DNA from: an uncultured Gammaproteobacteria bacterium | GTDB lineage: Bacteria > Pseudomonadota > Gammaproteobacteria > UBA9214 | Length of the DNA: 64,000 nt | Assembly (NCBI GenBank): GCA_963773065.1 | Contig: CAVYZN010000009.1 | Coordinates: 179,578-243,577 of the forward strand | Reading direction: 5' to 3' | In this document: piece by piece, positions 41,790-50,549 of the stretch | How the letters are laid out: every line of letters starts with the position of its first letter | Numbering within the stretch: the stretch's first letter is position 1 | Position numbers and translations under genes: made by a program | Notes under the pieces: model-generated | Database searches by the model: none | Told to the model about the DNA's origin: nothing | Seen by the model: only the letters and a program-made list of their open reading frames with translations

Positions 41790-41808
41790 AATGCAAATCA
41801 TTAGCATT
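41790..41808. promoter_or_regulatory. Putative Fur box
   Basis: AATGCAAATCATTAGCATT, a 9-1-9 inverted repeat with 3 mismatches to AATGATAATCATTATCATT, about 65 bp upstream of the porin start. Confidence 0.7.
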
Positions 41809-42024
41809 AGTGTTTGTTAAAATCTATTGATTATTGTATGGAAAGAACGGGTAATTATATCTATGTTGTTGTTATTAATAGTTAATGTTGTGATAATGGC
41901 AAGCAATGGCAGTCTGATCCTCAAGTGCTGTATCACGTATTGGCTGGTACCCGGAACAAACACAGTTTATATTGCATCTAATCTGTTGGAATTTTCCTCA
42001 AACGTATTGATCAAGAGGTTTGAC

Positions 42025-42429
42025 ATGACACAAGCAGCTACCCAAGCAACTACCCAATCAGAAATGACGCTGACCGCAACTGACCTTAGCCTTACCCTGG
42101 CGGCGCGGGAGAAGATGGTCGAATTGTTCAGCCAGGTTGATGATGCTGATTTACAGGCCATTCGTGTCTTTGTATCGGGTGGCGGTTGCGGGGGCATGGG
42201 TTATGGCATGACCTTCACCGATACACGCAGTGAATTCGACTATATACGCAAGGAAAACGGCTTCAGTGTCTATGTCGATGCCGTGGCGCTCAACTACCTG
42301 CGTGGCGTGGAAATCGATTATGTCGAACGTCCAACCGGCGCCAGTTTTGTCTTTAACAACGCCTTCTCCCTGACGGGTGGTTCGGGCACCTGTGGCGCGT
42401 GTGGTGCCGCAGGCGGAGGTTGTGCCTGA
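42025..42429 (+). CDS. HesB/IscA family (A-type carrier-like) protein with an atypical Cys-rich tail
   Basis: IRVFVSGGGCGGMGYGM, YLRGVEIDY, FVFNN, tail TCGACGAAGGGCA; GAGG RBS. Confidence 0.82.
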   Translation: MTQAATQATTQSEMTLTATDLSLTLAAREKMVELFSQVDDADLQAIRVFVSGGGCGGMGYGMTFTDTRSEFDYIRKENGFSVYVDAVALNYLRGVEIDYVERPTGASFVFNNAFSLTGGSGTCGACGAAGGGCA

Positions 42430-43699
42430 GAACTCCGATCCGAAGGAGACGGCACGCCTCCTTCTGATTACTCCACCAAACAGTTACCGGACTGTTCCCT
42501 TTCTTCAGGCTGCCCGGCGCCAGGGTATTACTGCCCTGGTCGCCTCTGAGGGCAGGTTTTCCCTGGTCAGCGAGATTGCTGACGGCCTGCATATCGATCT
42601 CGAAGATCCTGCGGCGCTCGAGCGGTTGCTGGCAGCCAATGACATACATCCCTTCATCGGCGTGGTGGCCACCGACGATGCCAGTGTGGAACTCGGCAGT
42701 CGTATCGCCCAAGCGTTGAATCTACCGCACAACCCACCCCAAGCAGCCCGGTTTACGCGGCGCAAGGACCTCTCACGACAGGCGCTCGCCGCTGCGGGTG
42801 TGTCCGTACCCGAATTCCGGATCATCGATTTACAACAGCCGATAGCATCACAGCTTGGCCGACTGAAATTTCCATGTGTGATCAAGCCACTGTCACTCTC
42901 TGCCAGTCGCGGTGTTATCAGAGTGGATGATGCCGATGCACTGTGTGCAGCCTGCATCCGTGTGCAGCGGATCCTTGCCGGCGAAACAACACGTGATGCC
43001 TTTGCGGCCACACACCTGCTGATTGAAGCGTTCATATCCGGCCCCGAAGTCGCCCTGGAGGGTTTATTGTGCAGGGGGCAGTTGAGCGTGTTGGCGATAT
43101 TCGACAAGCCGGACCCGCTGGAAGGACCGTTCTTCGAGGAGACCTATTACATCACCCCGGCGCGTCATGACGAGGCCATCAAGGCACGGATCACCCGGCG
43201 TGTAGAGGATGCCTGTGAGGCGCTTGGTTTGCGCGAAGGCCCGGTACATGCCGAGGTGCGTATCAGTCAGGGGGATGGTGTCATCATGGAGGTCGCCTCG
43301 AGGACTATCGGGGGTGATTGCGCCCGCCTGCTGCGCTTCGGCACCGGCCAAGGACTGGAGGATCTGGTGATCTCGCATGCGGTGGGTAATCCGCTGCCGG
43401 TGAAGTCATGGGAAGGTGGCGCCGGTGTGCTGATGATTCCCATTCCAGAGGCCGGTATCCTGCGGCGCATCGAGGGTATAGCCAGGGCGCGCGCCGTGCC
43501 CTGGATTGAGGATATCCTGATCGGTATCCGCGAAGGCTATGAAATCGTGCCGTTACCGGAAGGCGCGAGTTATCTGGGCTTTATCTTTGCCCATGCCCCT
43601 ACACCAGCAGCGGCGGAGGCGGCATTGCGGGAGGCACATGCGAAACTGAAGATCGTTGTTGCACCCAAGATAGTGCTGGAGGACAGGCGTCAGTCGTAA
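42422..43699 (+). CDS. ATP-grasp domain protein (L-amino-acid-ligase-like)
   Basis: FPCVIKP..SASRGV, IEAFISGPEVALEG, HAEVR, EVASR.IGG, YLGFIFA; overlaps the HesB stop. Confidence 0.85.
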   Translation: MPENSDPKETARLLLITPPNSYRTVPFLQAARRQGITALVASEGRFSLVSEIADGLHIDLEDPAALERLLAANDIHPFIGVVATDDASVELGSRIAQALNLPHNPPQAARFTRRKDLSRQALAAAGVSVPEFRIIDLQQPIASQLGRLKFPCVIKPLSLSASRGVIRVDDADALCAACIRVQRILAGETTRDAFAATHLLIEAFISGPEVALEGLLCRGQLSVLAIFDKPDPLEGPFFEETYYITPARHDEAIKARITRRVEDACEALGLREGPVHAEVRISQGDGVIMEVASRTIGGDCARLLRFGTGQGLEDLVISHAVGNPLPVKSWEGGAGVLMIPIPEAGILRRIEGIARARAVPWIEDILIGIREGYEIVPLPEGASYLGFIFAHAPTPAAAEAALREAHAKLKIVVAPKIVLEDRRQS

Positions 43700-43776
43700 C
43701 ACGTAAACATGAAAAGCGAAAGACAGGGAATGTACGTCCTGTCTTTATCGCGTTTCACGTTTTATTTTTCACGTGT
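43699..43776. terminator. Imperfect hairpin between convergent genes, with CGTGAAA-type heptamer remnants
   Basis: aaagacagg...cctgtcttt stem flanked by acacgt...acgtgt. Confidence 0.5.
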
Positions 43777-43779
43777 AGA

Positions 43780-44064
43780 TTACTTCTTGGCCCCGGGTGG
43801 ACGAAATCCCGTGGGTGCCGAACCGTAATCACCCTCGCCAAACAAAAAACCCACCATGTGTTTCTCGATCAATTCAATGCTGCCCTTGTCGGCGGTATTC
43901 AAGCCATTTTCGTTAATGATCATGGTCAGGCGTTCCAGCCACTTTTTCCAGCCTTCCTTGGAAACATTCTCGTAAATACGCATACCCAGGGGTCCGGGAT
44001 GCGGGGGTGTATCCAGGCCTTCAGCTTCGCATTTCAGTACGACACAATTGACGATGTGACTCAT
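43780..44064 (-). CDS. Fe(II)-trafficking / oxidative damage protection protein (YggX family)
   Basis: VNCVVLKCEAEGLD.PP.PG.LG.RIYENVSKEGW..W....TM.INE. Confidence 0.9.
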   Translation of the reverse strand: MSHIVNCVVLKCEAEGLDTPPHPGPLGMRIYENVSKEGWKKWLERLTMIINENGLNTADKGSIELIEKHMVGFLFGEGDYGSAPTGFRPPGAKK

Positions 44065-44595
44065 GTCTATACACCTCTGACTAATCTCGGCTTATACGAA
44101 TATTCTACCTGATTTCTGTCTGGCGGCCCCGTTTCCCTGTTTCGATAAGGGTTTAACGATGGTCGGGAGAACAATGACAACAAGCTGCTATGAGATAACC
44201 TCGTTGTACCATCGGTAGTATACGTGAGTGTGTCGGAGCTTGGTTATCAGCCATTCCTATGTTGTTATACAAACTAGGCATAGCCGGCCAGCACCCAAAA
44301 TGCCGAATACGGCTCTCAATAGGGGTATCGATCGTCATAATGGAAACAGATTGCGTACCAACACCAGAAAGCGGGCATACCCGGTGTCATACTTACAGTC
44401 TGCGTGGTATATAAAATGGAACGGCAGATAAGATGGGTCGGAAAACTAGGTCACCTTGAAAAGGATATGCCGCGCCTAGCAGCCTGTCGGACTTTCCCTG
44501 ACTCCCAAGGTAAAATAGCGCAACCGTGACCGAGATGGCAGCTATTCAAAGATAAAAATCCGCTCGAAAGCGGGGTTTTGCAACTACCTCAAAGG

Positions 44596-45138
44596 TTATG
44601 AATTACCATCGGCGGTTATGGGTCGAGAGTCCGGTGCTGGCTTCAGCATGGTCAGAATCTCGTTTCGTACTTTGTTCATATCCATAGTCCCGTTCTTCTG
44701 GTAAACAATCCTGCCGTCCGGTGCAATCAGGAATGTGGTTGGCGTGAGACCCACGTCCCCGAAGGCGCGCGAGGCCTGGGCATCGATGTCAAACGCGATT
44801 GTATAGGGGATACTGCGCGACTTTTGCATAGTCAGAACTCGGTTGGGCGGGTCGTAGAAGATGGCAATGCCGATAACATTCAGTCCTCGTGGAGACAATT
44901 CGTGGTAGAGATCGATGAGATGCGGCATCTCCTCGAGACAGGTAGAGCAGGTCGTCGCCCAGAATGTCACCAGCAGCGGTCCACCGTGCATATCTGCCAG
45001 GGCGAGTTTCTCGCCAGTGGTGGTTACAAGCGTTATGTCCGGTACCTGCTTTAGTCCGGAATACTCAAGCCAGAGGTACCCTGCCAAGGTTACCAGTGTC
45101 AGGGCACAAATACCGAACAGGACTCTCCTTGATTTCAT
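44596..45138 (-). CDS. TlpA/ResA family thiol-disulfide oxidoreductase
   Basis: TM anchor, FWATTCSTCLEEMP, TPTTFLI. Confidence 0.88.
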   Translation of the reverse strand: MKSRRVLFGICALTLVTLAGYLWLEYSGLKQVPDITLVTTTGEKLALADMHGGPLLVTFWATTCSTCLEEMPHLIDLYHELSPRGLNVIGIAIFYDPPNRVLTMQKSRSIPYTIAFDIDAQASRAFGDVGLTPTTFLIAPDGRIVYQKNGTMDMNKVRNEILTMLKPAPDSRPITADGNS

Positions 45139-45150
45139 TTCCGGATATCG

Positions 45151-45780
45151 CTATCTAGTGGACACGCTATTGTCTTTTCCGGAACTTGAGATGCCCGCTA
45201 ACTGGCCAAGAAATGCCAAGACTTTTCTGACACCACGCCAGATCCTGGGCAACAACCAGATCATGAGCATGATAAACACTGCCAGCAATAACAGGAATAG
45301 TAACGGATGATGCAGCGCCGTCCACAGTCCGGCGATAACGGCGACATCCTCACCGACCGAGGCAAGCCAGTTGGTGAAGGGTTCCGGAGAGGTGTTGATC
45401 AGGACACGGCTACCGGCTTTGGTAAGATGACTTCCCGCAGCCAGAGAGCCCCCGGCGATGGCGGCTGCAAGTTGAGCTGCGCTGCCGACGTCACCCACTG
45501 CTCCTGCCGCGAGTACCGCCCCTGCCGGTATGCGAATAAATGTTTGGATCACATCCCACCCGGTGTCAACCCCGGGCACCTTGTCCGCGAAGAACTCAAT
45601 GCAGTACATGACACCTGCGGCGAGCATTACCACGGGGTTGGTGAGTATCTGCAACTCGGGCGGCAGATCCATATTACCGGTTGAACCCAGGTAACCCAGC
45701 ATGAGGATGGCCGCGTAGAGATTGATGCCACTGGCCCATGCCACACCCATGGTGAGGGCGATGGTCTGAGTGATATCCAT
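45151..45780 (-). CDS. DUF4126 family membrane protein
   Basis: WASGINLYA, EFFADKVPGVD, NTSPEPFTN. Confidence 0.85.
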   Translation of the reverse strand: MDITQTIALTMGVAWASGINLYAAILMLGYLGSTGNMDLPPELQILTNPVVMLAAGVMYCIEFFADKVPGVDTGWDVIQTFIRIPAGAVLAAGAVGDVGSAAQLAAAIAGGSLAAGSHLTKAGSRVLINTSPEPFTNWLASVGEDVAVIAGLWTALHHPLLFLLLLAVFIMLMIWLLPRIWRGVRKVLAFLGQLAGISSSGKDNSVSTR

Positions 45781-45912
45781 GATCCGGGAATTCCTGTCTG
45801 GCACAAAAACGATTTACACTGCGGCCATTCTACCAAGCTCGGCAGTTATTATTAAATAATGGAGTATCCTTGGTCAAAAAATAGAAGCATTTTAAGCCAA
45901 TTAATTATAAAT

Positions 45913-46008
45913 ATGAATGGCTTAAAAAAATTCATGGTGCGTTCCTTCGGCAGTTCACTGGGCCGTCAGATCGTGCGCAGCATACTCGGGTCCATACTTA
46001 AAGGCTGA
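45913..46008 (+). pseudogene. 31-aa ORF resembling the extreme C-terminus of DUF853/YjgR (HerA-like ATPase)
   Basis: MVRSFGSSLGRQIVRSILGSILKG* resembles the RQIVRGxLGSL tail of YjgR; the rest of the gene is absent. Confidence 0.45.
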
Positions 46009-46497
46009 AACCGGTTCCGGCATCAGGATTTTCGTTATCGTTGCAGTCGACATGCGAGTGCCTGCGCCGCCGTATTATCTGAGCCGTGCCCTGTTGACGC
46101 TGTTGTTATTACCTCGGCTGTTCGACTTCCGTTACTGCAATGACATCCTGCCTGCCGGTATCAGGGCGTCATGGGATAGATCATCGCGCAGCGTTGCGGC
46201 GTATGAATCAGTTTTGTGTTGACGGTAATCGATCCGTCATGGCATTGATCCCTATACACCTTAATGACGAACGAGGCTGGATACAGCCTGATGCAAATGC
46301 CCGCCAGGCCATACGCCCTGCTGATCTATCCGGCTGCAATTATCAAGCAACGGCGCATAGACAGATGCAAGGGTCATGGGATCGGCATGGCACAGCATGA
46401 AACCCACTCACGCCACAATGGTTACTTCGTGCTGGCTGAGGCAGGGCGAATCATGTTGTGTATACTGAGCGCGGTATTGCAATTTGACGGGGGTATT

Positions 46498-47052
46498 ATG
46501 ACTGCAGATCTAAGCCGTATGTTTGAGGAGATCATCAGGGGAGTCGGAGAAGACCCGTCGAGGGACGGGTTGGTTGAAACACCGGGGCGTGCGGCAAGAG
46601 CATTCCAGTTCCTGACACGGGGATATAACCAGAGATTGGAAGAAGTGGTCAATAACGCCATTTTCGAGTCAGACAACGACGAGATGATCCTGGTGAAAGA
46701 TATCGAACTGTACTCGCTCTGTGAGCACCATCTGTTGCCGTTTATCGGTAAATGCCACGTTGCCTATATCCCTACCGGAAGAGTGATTGGATTATCCAAG
46801 ATCGCACGTATAGTTGATATGTACGCGAGACGGTTGCAGATACAGGAAAAACTCACTAAGCAGATAGCCGATACCCTGATGGGCGCCATCAACCCTGCCG
46901 GTGTGGGCGTCATCATCGAGGCCCAGCACCTGTGCATGATGATGCGGGGGGTGGAGAAACAGAATTCAATGTTGACAACCTCCATGATGCTGGGTTCATT
47001 CCGTGATCATGATCGAACGCGTTCCGAGTTTCTCCAGTTGGTCAGGCCATAG
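46498..47052 (+). CDS. folE: GTP cyclohydrolase I
   Basis: [37 protein letters not shown]. Confidence 0.96.
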   Translation: MTADLSRMFEEIIRGVGEDPSRDGLVETPGRAARAFQFLTRGYNQRLEEVVNNAIFESDNDEMILVKDIELYSLCEHHLLPFIGKCHVAYIPTGRVIGLSKIARIVDMYARRLQIQEKLTKQIADTLMGAINPAGVGVIIEAQHLCMMMRGVEKQNSMLTTSMMLGSFRDHDRTRSEFLQLVRP

Positions 47053-47194
47053 TCGTGCAATTTCAGGTCATCTGGCACAGGGCCGCTGTTACACTGATAA
47101 AAAGAGAGGACCCGAAGCACCGAATAGCGTTGCTTGACAGCCCGGGTTGTCGATTACTTCGCTTAAAATGGTCGATTGATGTAAAAAATCGTTT

Positions 47195-48229
47195 ATGACA
47201 TTGAAAACAGGCATTGTAGGTGGCACCGGGTATACCGGCGTCGAGTTACTGAGGCTGCTTGCCAGACATCCGGAGGCTGAATTGTCCGTGATCACCTCCC
47301 GTTCCGAAGCGGGCCGGGAGGTAACGGAACTGTTTCCGAATCTGCGCGGCCATCTCAATCTCCGGTTTACAGAGCTGGATATCGAGGCGCTGGCTAACTG
47401 TGATGTGGTGTTTTTCGCGACACCCAACGGAACGGCCATGACCATGGTGCCGCAATTGATCGAGGCCGGCGCCCGTATCATCGATCTGGCCGCTGATTTC
47501 CGTTTAAAGCGCGCGGCCGATTGGGAAGAGTGGTATGGCATGCCACATGCCTGTCCTGAATATTTGGGGCGGGCCGTTTATGGCCTGACCGAAGTCAACC
47601 GGGATGCCATTCGTGAGGCGCGGCTGGTGGCGAATCCGGGTTGTTATCCGACTGCAGTACAACTCGGTTTTCTCCCGCTGATCGAACAAGGGCTAATCGA
47701 CATCGACCATCTGATTGCGGATGCGAAGTCCGGCGTCAGTGGGGCCGGAAGGAAATCGACCACGGGTAGCTTGTTTTGCGAGGCGAGCGAAAATTTCAAG
47801 GCCTATGCCGTACCGGGCCACCGCCACCTACCCGAAATTCGTCAGGGGCTCGATGTGGCAGCCGGCCAACCAGTGGGGCTGACATTTGTGCCGCACCTCA
47901 CGCCAATGATCCGCGGAATTCATGCCACACTCTATGCGCAACTGCGTGATCCTGATCGGGACCTGCAGGCACTGTATGAGGCGCGCTACGGCGATGAGCC
48001 TTTCATTGATGTGATGCCACCCGGCGCCCACCCGGAAACACGCAGTGTCCGGGGCGCTAATCAGTGCCGTATCGCCGTACACCATCCGCGCAAGGGCGGG
48101 GTGGTCGTGATCCTCTCGGTGATCGACAATCTGGTCAAGGGCGCTGCTGGTCAGGCCGTGCAGAATATGAACGTCATGTTCGGTCTCGACGAGAAATCCG
48201 GATTGTCTGGTATCGCTCTGTTGCCGTAA
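47195..48229 (+). CDS. argC: N-acetyl-gamma-glutamyl-phosphate reductase
   Basis: [32 protein letters not shown]. Confidence 0.97.
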   Translation: MTLKTGIVGGTGYTGVELLRLLARHPEAELSVITSRSEAGREVTELFPNLRGHLNLRFTELDIEALANCDVVFFATPNGTAMTMVPQLIEAGARIIDLAADFRLKRAADWEEWYGMPHACPEYLGRAVYGLTEVNRDAIREARLVANPGCYPTAVQLGFLPLIEQGLIDIDHLIADAKSGVSGAGRKSTTGSLFCEASENFKAYAVPGHRHLPEIRQGLDVAAGQPVGLTFVPHLTPMIRGIHATLYAQLRDPDRDLQALYEARYGDEPFIDVMPPGAHPETRSVRGANQCRIAVHHPRKGGVVVILSVIDNLVKGAAGQAVQNMNVMFGLDEKSGLSGIALLP

Positions 48230-48321
48230 TGCACACGTATTTCTTTTTTTGTGATCTGTGACCACCTCCGGGCGTGAACGGCATGCCATAGTTCCCTTAG
48301 CCGTTTAGTGGTAGACAGAGT

Positions 48322-49017
48322 ATGTGGCGTATGAACCTGAGGCACGTTGTTATGTTGTCCCTGGTTGGCTTAGCTGGCTATGTGGGATGGCAGTTGTATG
48401 ATTTCGGCAAGGTGAGAGGTGTCGAAGAGCTGAAATCATTGCGGATGGAGCATGCCGAGCTGCGCAAGCAGCATCGGGACCTTATCCGGGAAAGTGATGC
48501 CTTGCATGAACGCAACGCCATTCTGGAGCGTTCCAGTCAGATTGACCAGCAGGCGGCGCGGGATATCCAGGAAGAACTGGCTTCACTACAGGAAGAACTG
48601 CAGGCGGCGCGCGAGGAGGTCGAATTCTACCGCGGGATTGTCGCGCCCGGTGACGTGACTCCGGGTTTACGCATCCACCGGTTTGAGCTGAATGCCGGAC
48701 TGCGTTCGGGGGAATACCATTACGACCTTGTGCTGACGCAGATGAAGCGTAATGATCTTATAGTAACCGGTCTGGTAGAGTGGCAAATCATCGGCAAAAA
48801 TGGGAATGAAACACAGGAGTTGAATCTGACCGCTGTTACGCAACCGGAAACCGGGCATCTTGATTTCCGGTTTCGCTATTTTCAACACCTGACGGGCATT
48901 ATTATCCTGCCTGTGGGATTTCTGGCGCAGCAGGTCGTATTGTCAATCAGAACCACGGGGAAGAATGCGCTTGAGCCAATCAAGCAAAGTTTCGAATGGC
49001 CGAAATCGGGTTCCTGA
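48322..49017 (+). CDS. Conserved TM/coiled-coil protein (DUF6776-like)
   Basis: TM helix, coiled coil, FYRGIVAP, FRFRYFQ; between argC and bactofilin. Confidence 0.75.
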   Translation: MWRMNLRHVVMLSLVGLAGYVGWQLYDFGKVRGVEELKSLRMEHAELRKQHRDLIRESDALHERNAILERSSQIDQQAARDIQEELASLQEELQAAREEVEFYRGIVAPGDVTPGLRIHRFELNAGLRSGEYHYDLVLTQMKRNDLIVTGLVEWQIIGKNGNETQELNLTAVTQPETGHLDFRFRYFQHLTGIIILPVGFLAQQVVLSIRTTGKNALEPIKQSFEWPKSGS

Positions 49018-49034
49018 ATAAGGGGGGTATACAG

Positions 49035-49472
49035 ATGTTGGGGCATGGAAAAAAAGGTAAATCGGCGAGTGCCAAGGTTGATACCATCATCGGGCAACAG
49101 ACGCAGATCAATGGTGACCTGCATTTCTCCGGCGGCCTTCATGTCGATGGGTACATAAAAGGCAATGTCATTGCCAATGAGGGCACAACATCGGTGTTGA
49201 CGGTCAGTGAACATGGGCGGATCGAAGGTGATGTATTGGTTCCCAATGTGATACTGAACGGGTCCGTAACCGGCGATGTGCACTGTGTAGAACGTATTGA
49301 ACTGGCAGCCAAGGCGAAAGTGAACGGCGATGTTCATTACAACCTGATTGAGATGGCGATGGGTGCTGAGGTCAATGGCAGCTTATTGCATCAAACAGAG
49401 ACGTCTTCCTCGGTTGTAAGTCTCGATCGTGAACATGTTGGGAAGGCAAAAGGTGGAGATGGTAATACTTGA
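49035..49472 (+). CDS. Bactofilin (polymer-forming cytoskeletal protein)
   Basis: DTIIG, GDLHFSGGLHVDG.IKG beta-helix repeats, EMAMGAEVNG. Confidence 0.9.
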   Translation: MLGHGKKGKSASAKVDTIIGQQTQINGDLHFSGGLHVDGYIKGNVIANEGTTSVLTVSEHGRIEGDVLVPNVILNGSVTGDVHCVERIELAAKAKVNGDVHYNLIEMAMGAEVNGSLLHQTETSSSVVSLDREHVGKAKGGDGNT

Positions 49473-49497
49473 CCAAAACGCTCGGGAAAAGCATAAT
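49465..49497 (+). promoter_or_regulatory. erpA sigma70 promoter overlapped by a putative IscR type-1 site
   Basis: ATACTTGACCAAAACGCTCGGGAAA (49465-49489); TTGACC-17bp-CATAAT. Confidence 0.7.
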
Positions 49498-49537
49498 TTC
49501 TAACGAGCGATACTACTGACAGGAAGAGGCAGTACCC

Positions 49538-49891
49538 ATGATTCAAATAGCTACAACAATTGCCCCCAATATGATTATCACCGATGCCGCCGCAGGCAAG
49601 GTTAAGCGATTGATTGATGAGGAGAAAAATAAAAATCTGAAACTGCGCATCTATGTAACCGGTGGTGGCTGTTCGGGATTTCAATACGGGTTTTCCTTTG
49701 ATGAAATGGTCAATGAAGGTGACATTGTTATCGATTACGCTGGTGTTTCTCTGGTTATAGATCCCATGAGTTATCAATATCTAATCGGTGCCGAGGTTGA
49801 TTACATGGAAGGGCTCGAAGGCGCCCAGTTCGTGATTCGTAACCCGAACGCAACAACTACTTGCGGGTGTGGTTCTTCTTTCTCTATCTGA
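49538..49891 (+). CDS. erpA: Iron-sulfur cluster insertion protein ErpA
   Basis: [33 protein letters not shown]. Confidence 0.95.
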   Translation: MIQIATTIAPNMIITDAAAGKVKRLIDEEKNKNLKLRIYVTGGGCSGFQYGFSFDEMVNEGDIVIDYAGVSLVIDPMSYQYLIGAEVDYMEGLEGAQFVIRNPNATTTCGCGSSFSI

Positions 49892-50069
49892 GCCAATCGG
49901 GATTATCTGATACGAGACACGCTGTTTCTGCTCAAATTTTTTCCACCAAGATATTCAACTGCTGCGTTATTCCGAGTTTGAAATAGATTGTCGGAGTAGT
50001 AGCAATCTTCTATAACGCCTAATATCACGCGGATGCGTAAGACCAAGATCTGAACATGATACGACATCA

Positions 50070-50360
50070 CGTGAACCTTCCACAGAAACCGGACCACGGC
50101 AGTGATCCGGCCATGCTTTGGGAGTACTACATCCAGCTCACGGAAATCGAGCAGGCCTTTAAGGTACTCAAAAATGACCTGGCTATCCGACCGATCTATC
50201 ATCAAACGGATGAACGCGTCGAGGCACATATCTTTGTCGCCTTCGTCGCGTACTGCTTGCAGGTCACGCTCAAACAACGCACACGCGCGCTGGCGCCGGG
50301 ATTGCGATGAGTTGCGGCTGTGACGAGGAAAGATGGACAAGTGAGGCATTGATGCCGTCC
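50070..50360 (+). pseudogene. IS1634-family transposase C-terminal fragment
   Basis: LWEYYIQLTEIEQAFKVLKNDLAIRPIYHQ..ERVEAHIFVAF; similar to, but not identical with, 58420-58620. Confidence 0.8.
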
Positions 50361-50549
50361 ATGCTCGTACCGGACATAATACCTATGAACAGATCTGGTA
50401 CGGAATTAACTGTTGCTGGTAATCTGATGTATTAAAATTGAGCCCGACTATGATCGTAATCAGGAGTCAAGACTAGCAAATTATAGAAAAATGTTCGCAG
50501 TAGAGTTGCGCCGCCTCTATGTTTAATGATAGTAACAGCCTGCTGGCAA

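Noticed and set aside
42427-42460. Selenocysteine readthrough of the HesB TGA
   Set aside because: The TGA is not at a catalytic Cys position, no convincing SECIS is present, and the following DNA is explained by the overlapping ATP-grasp start.
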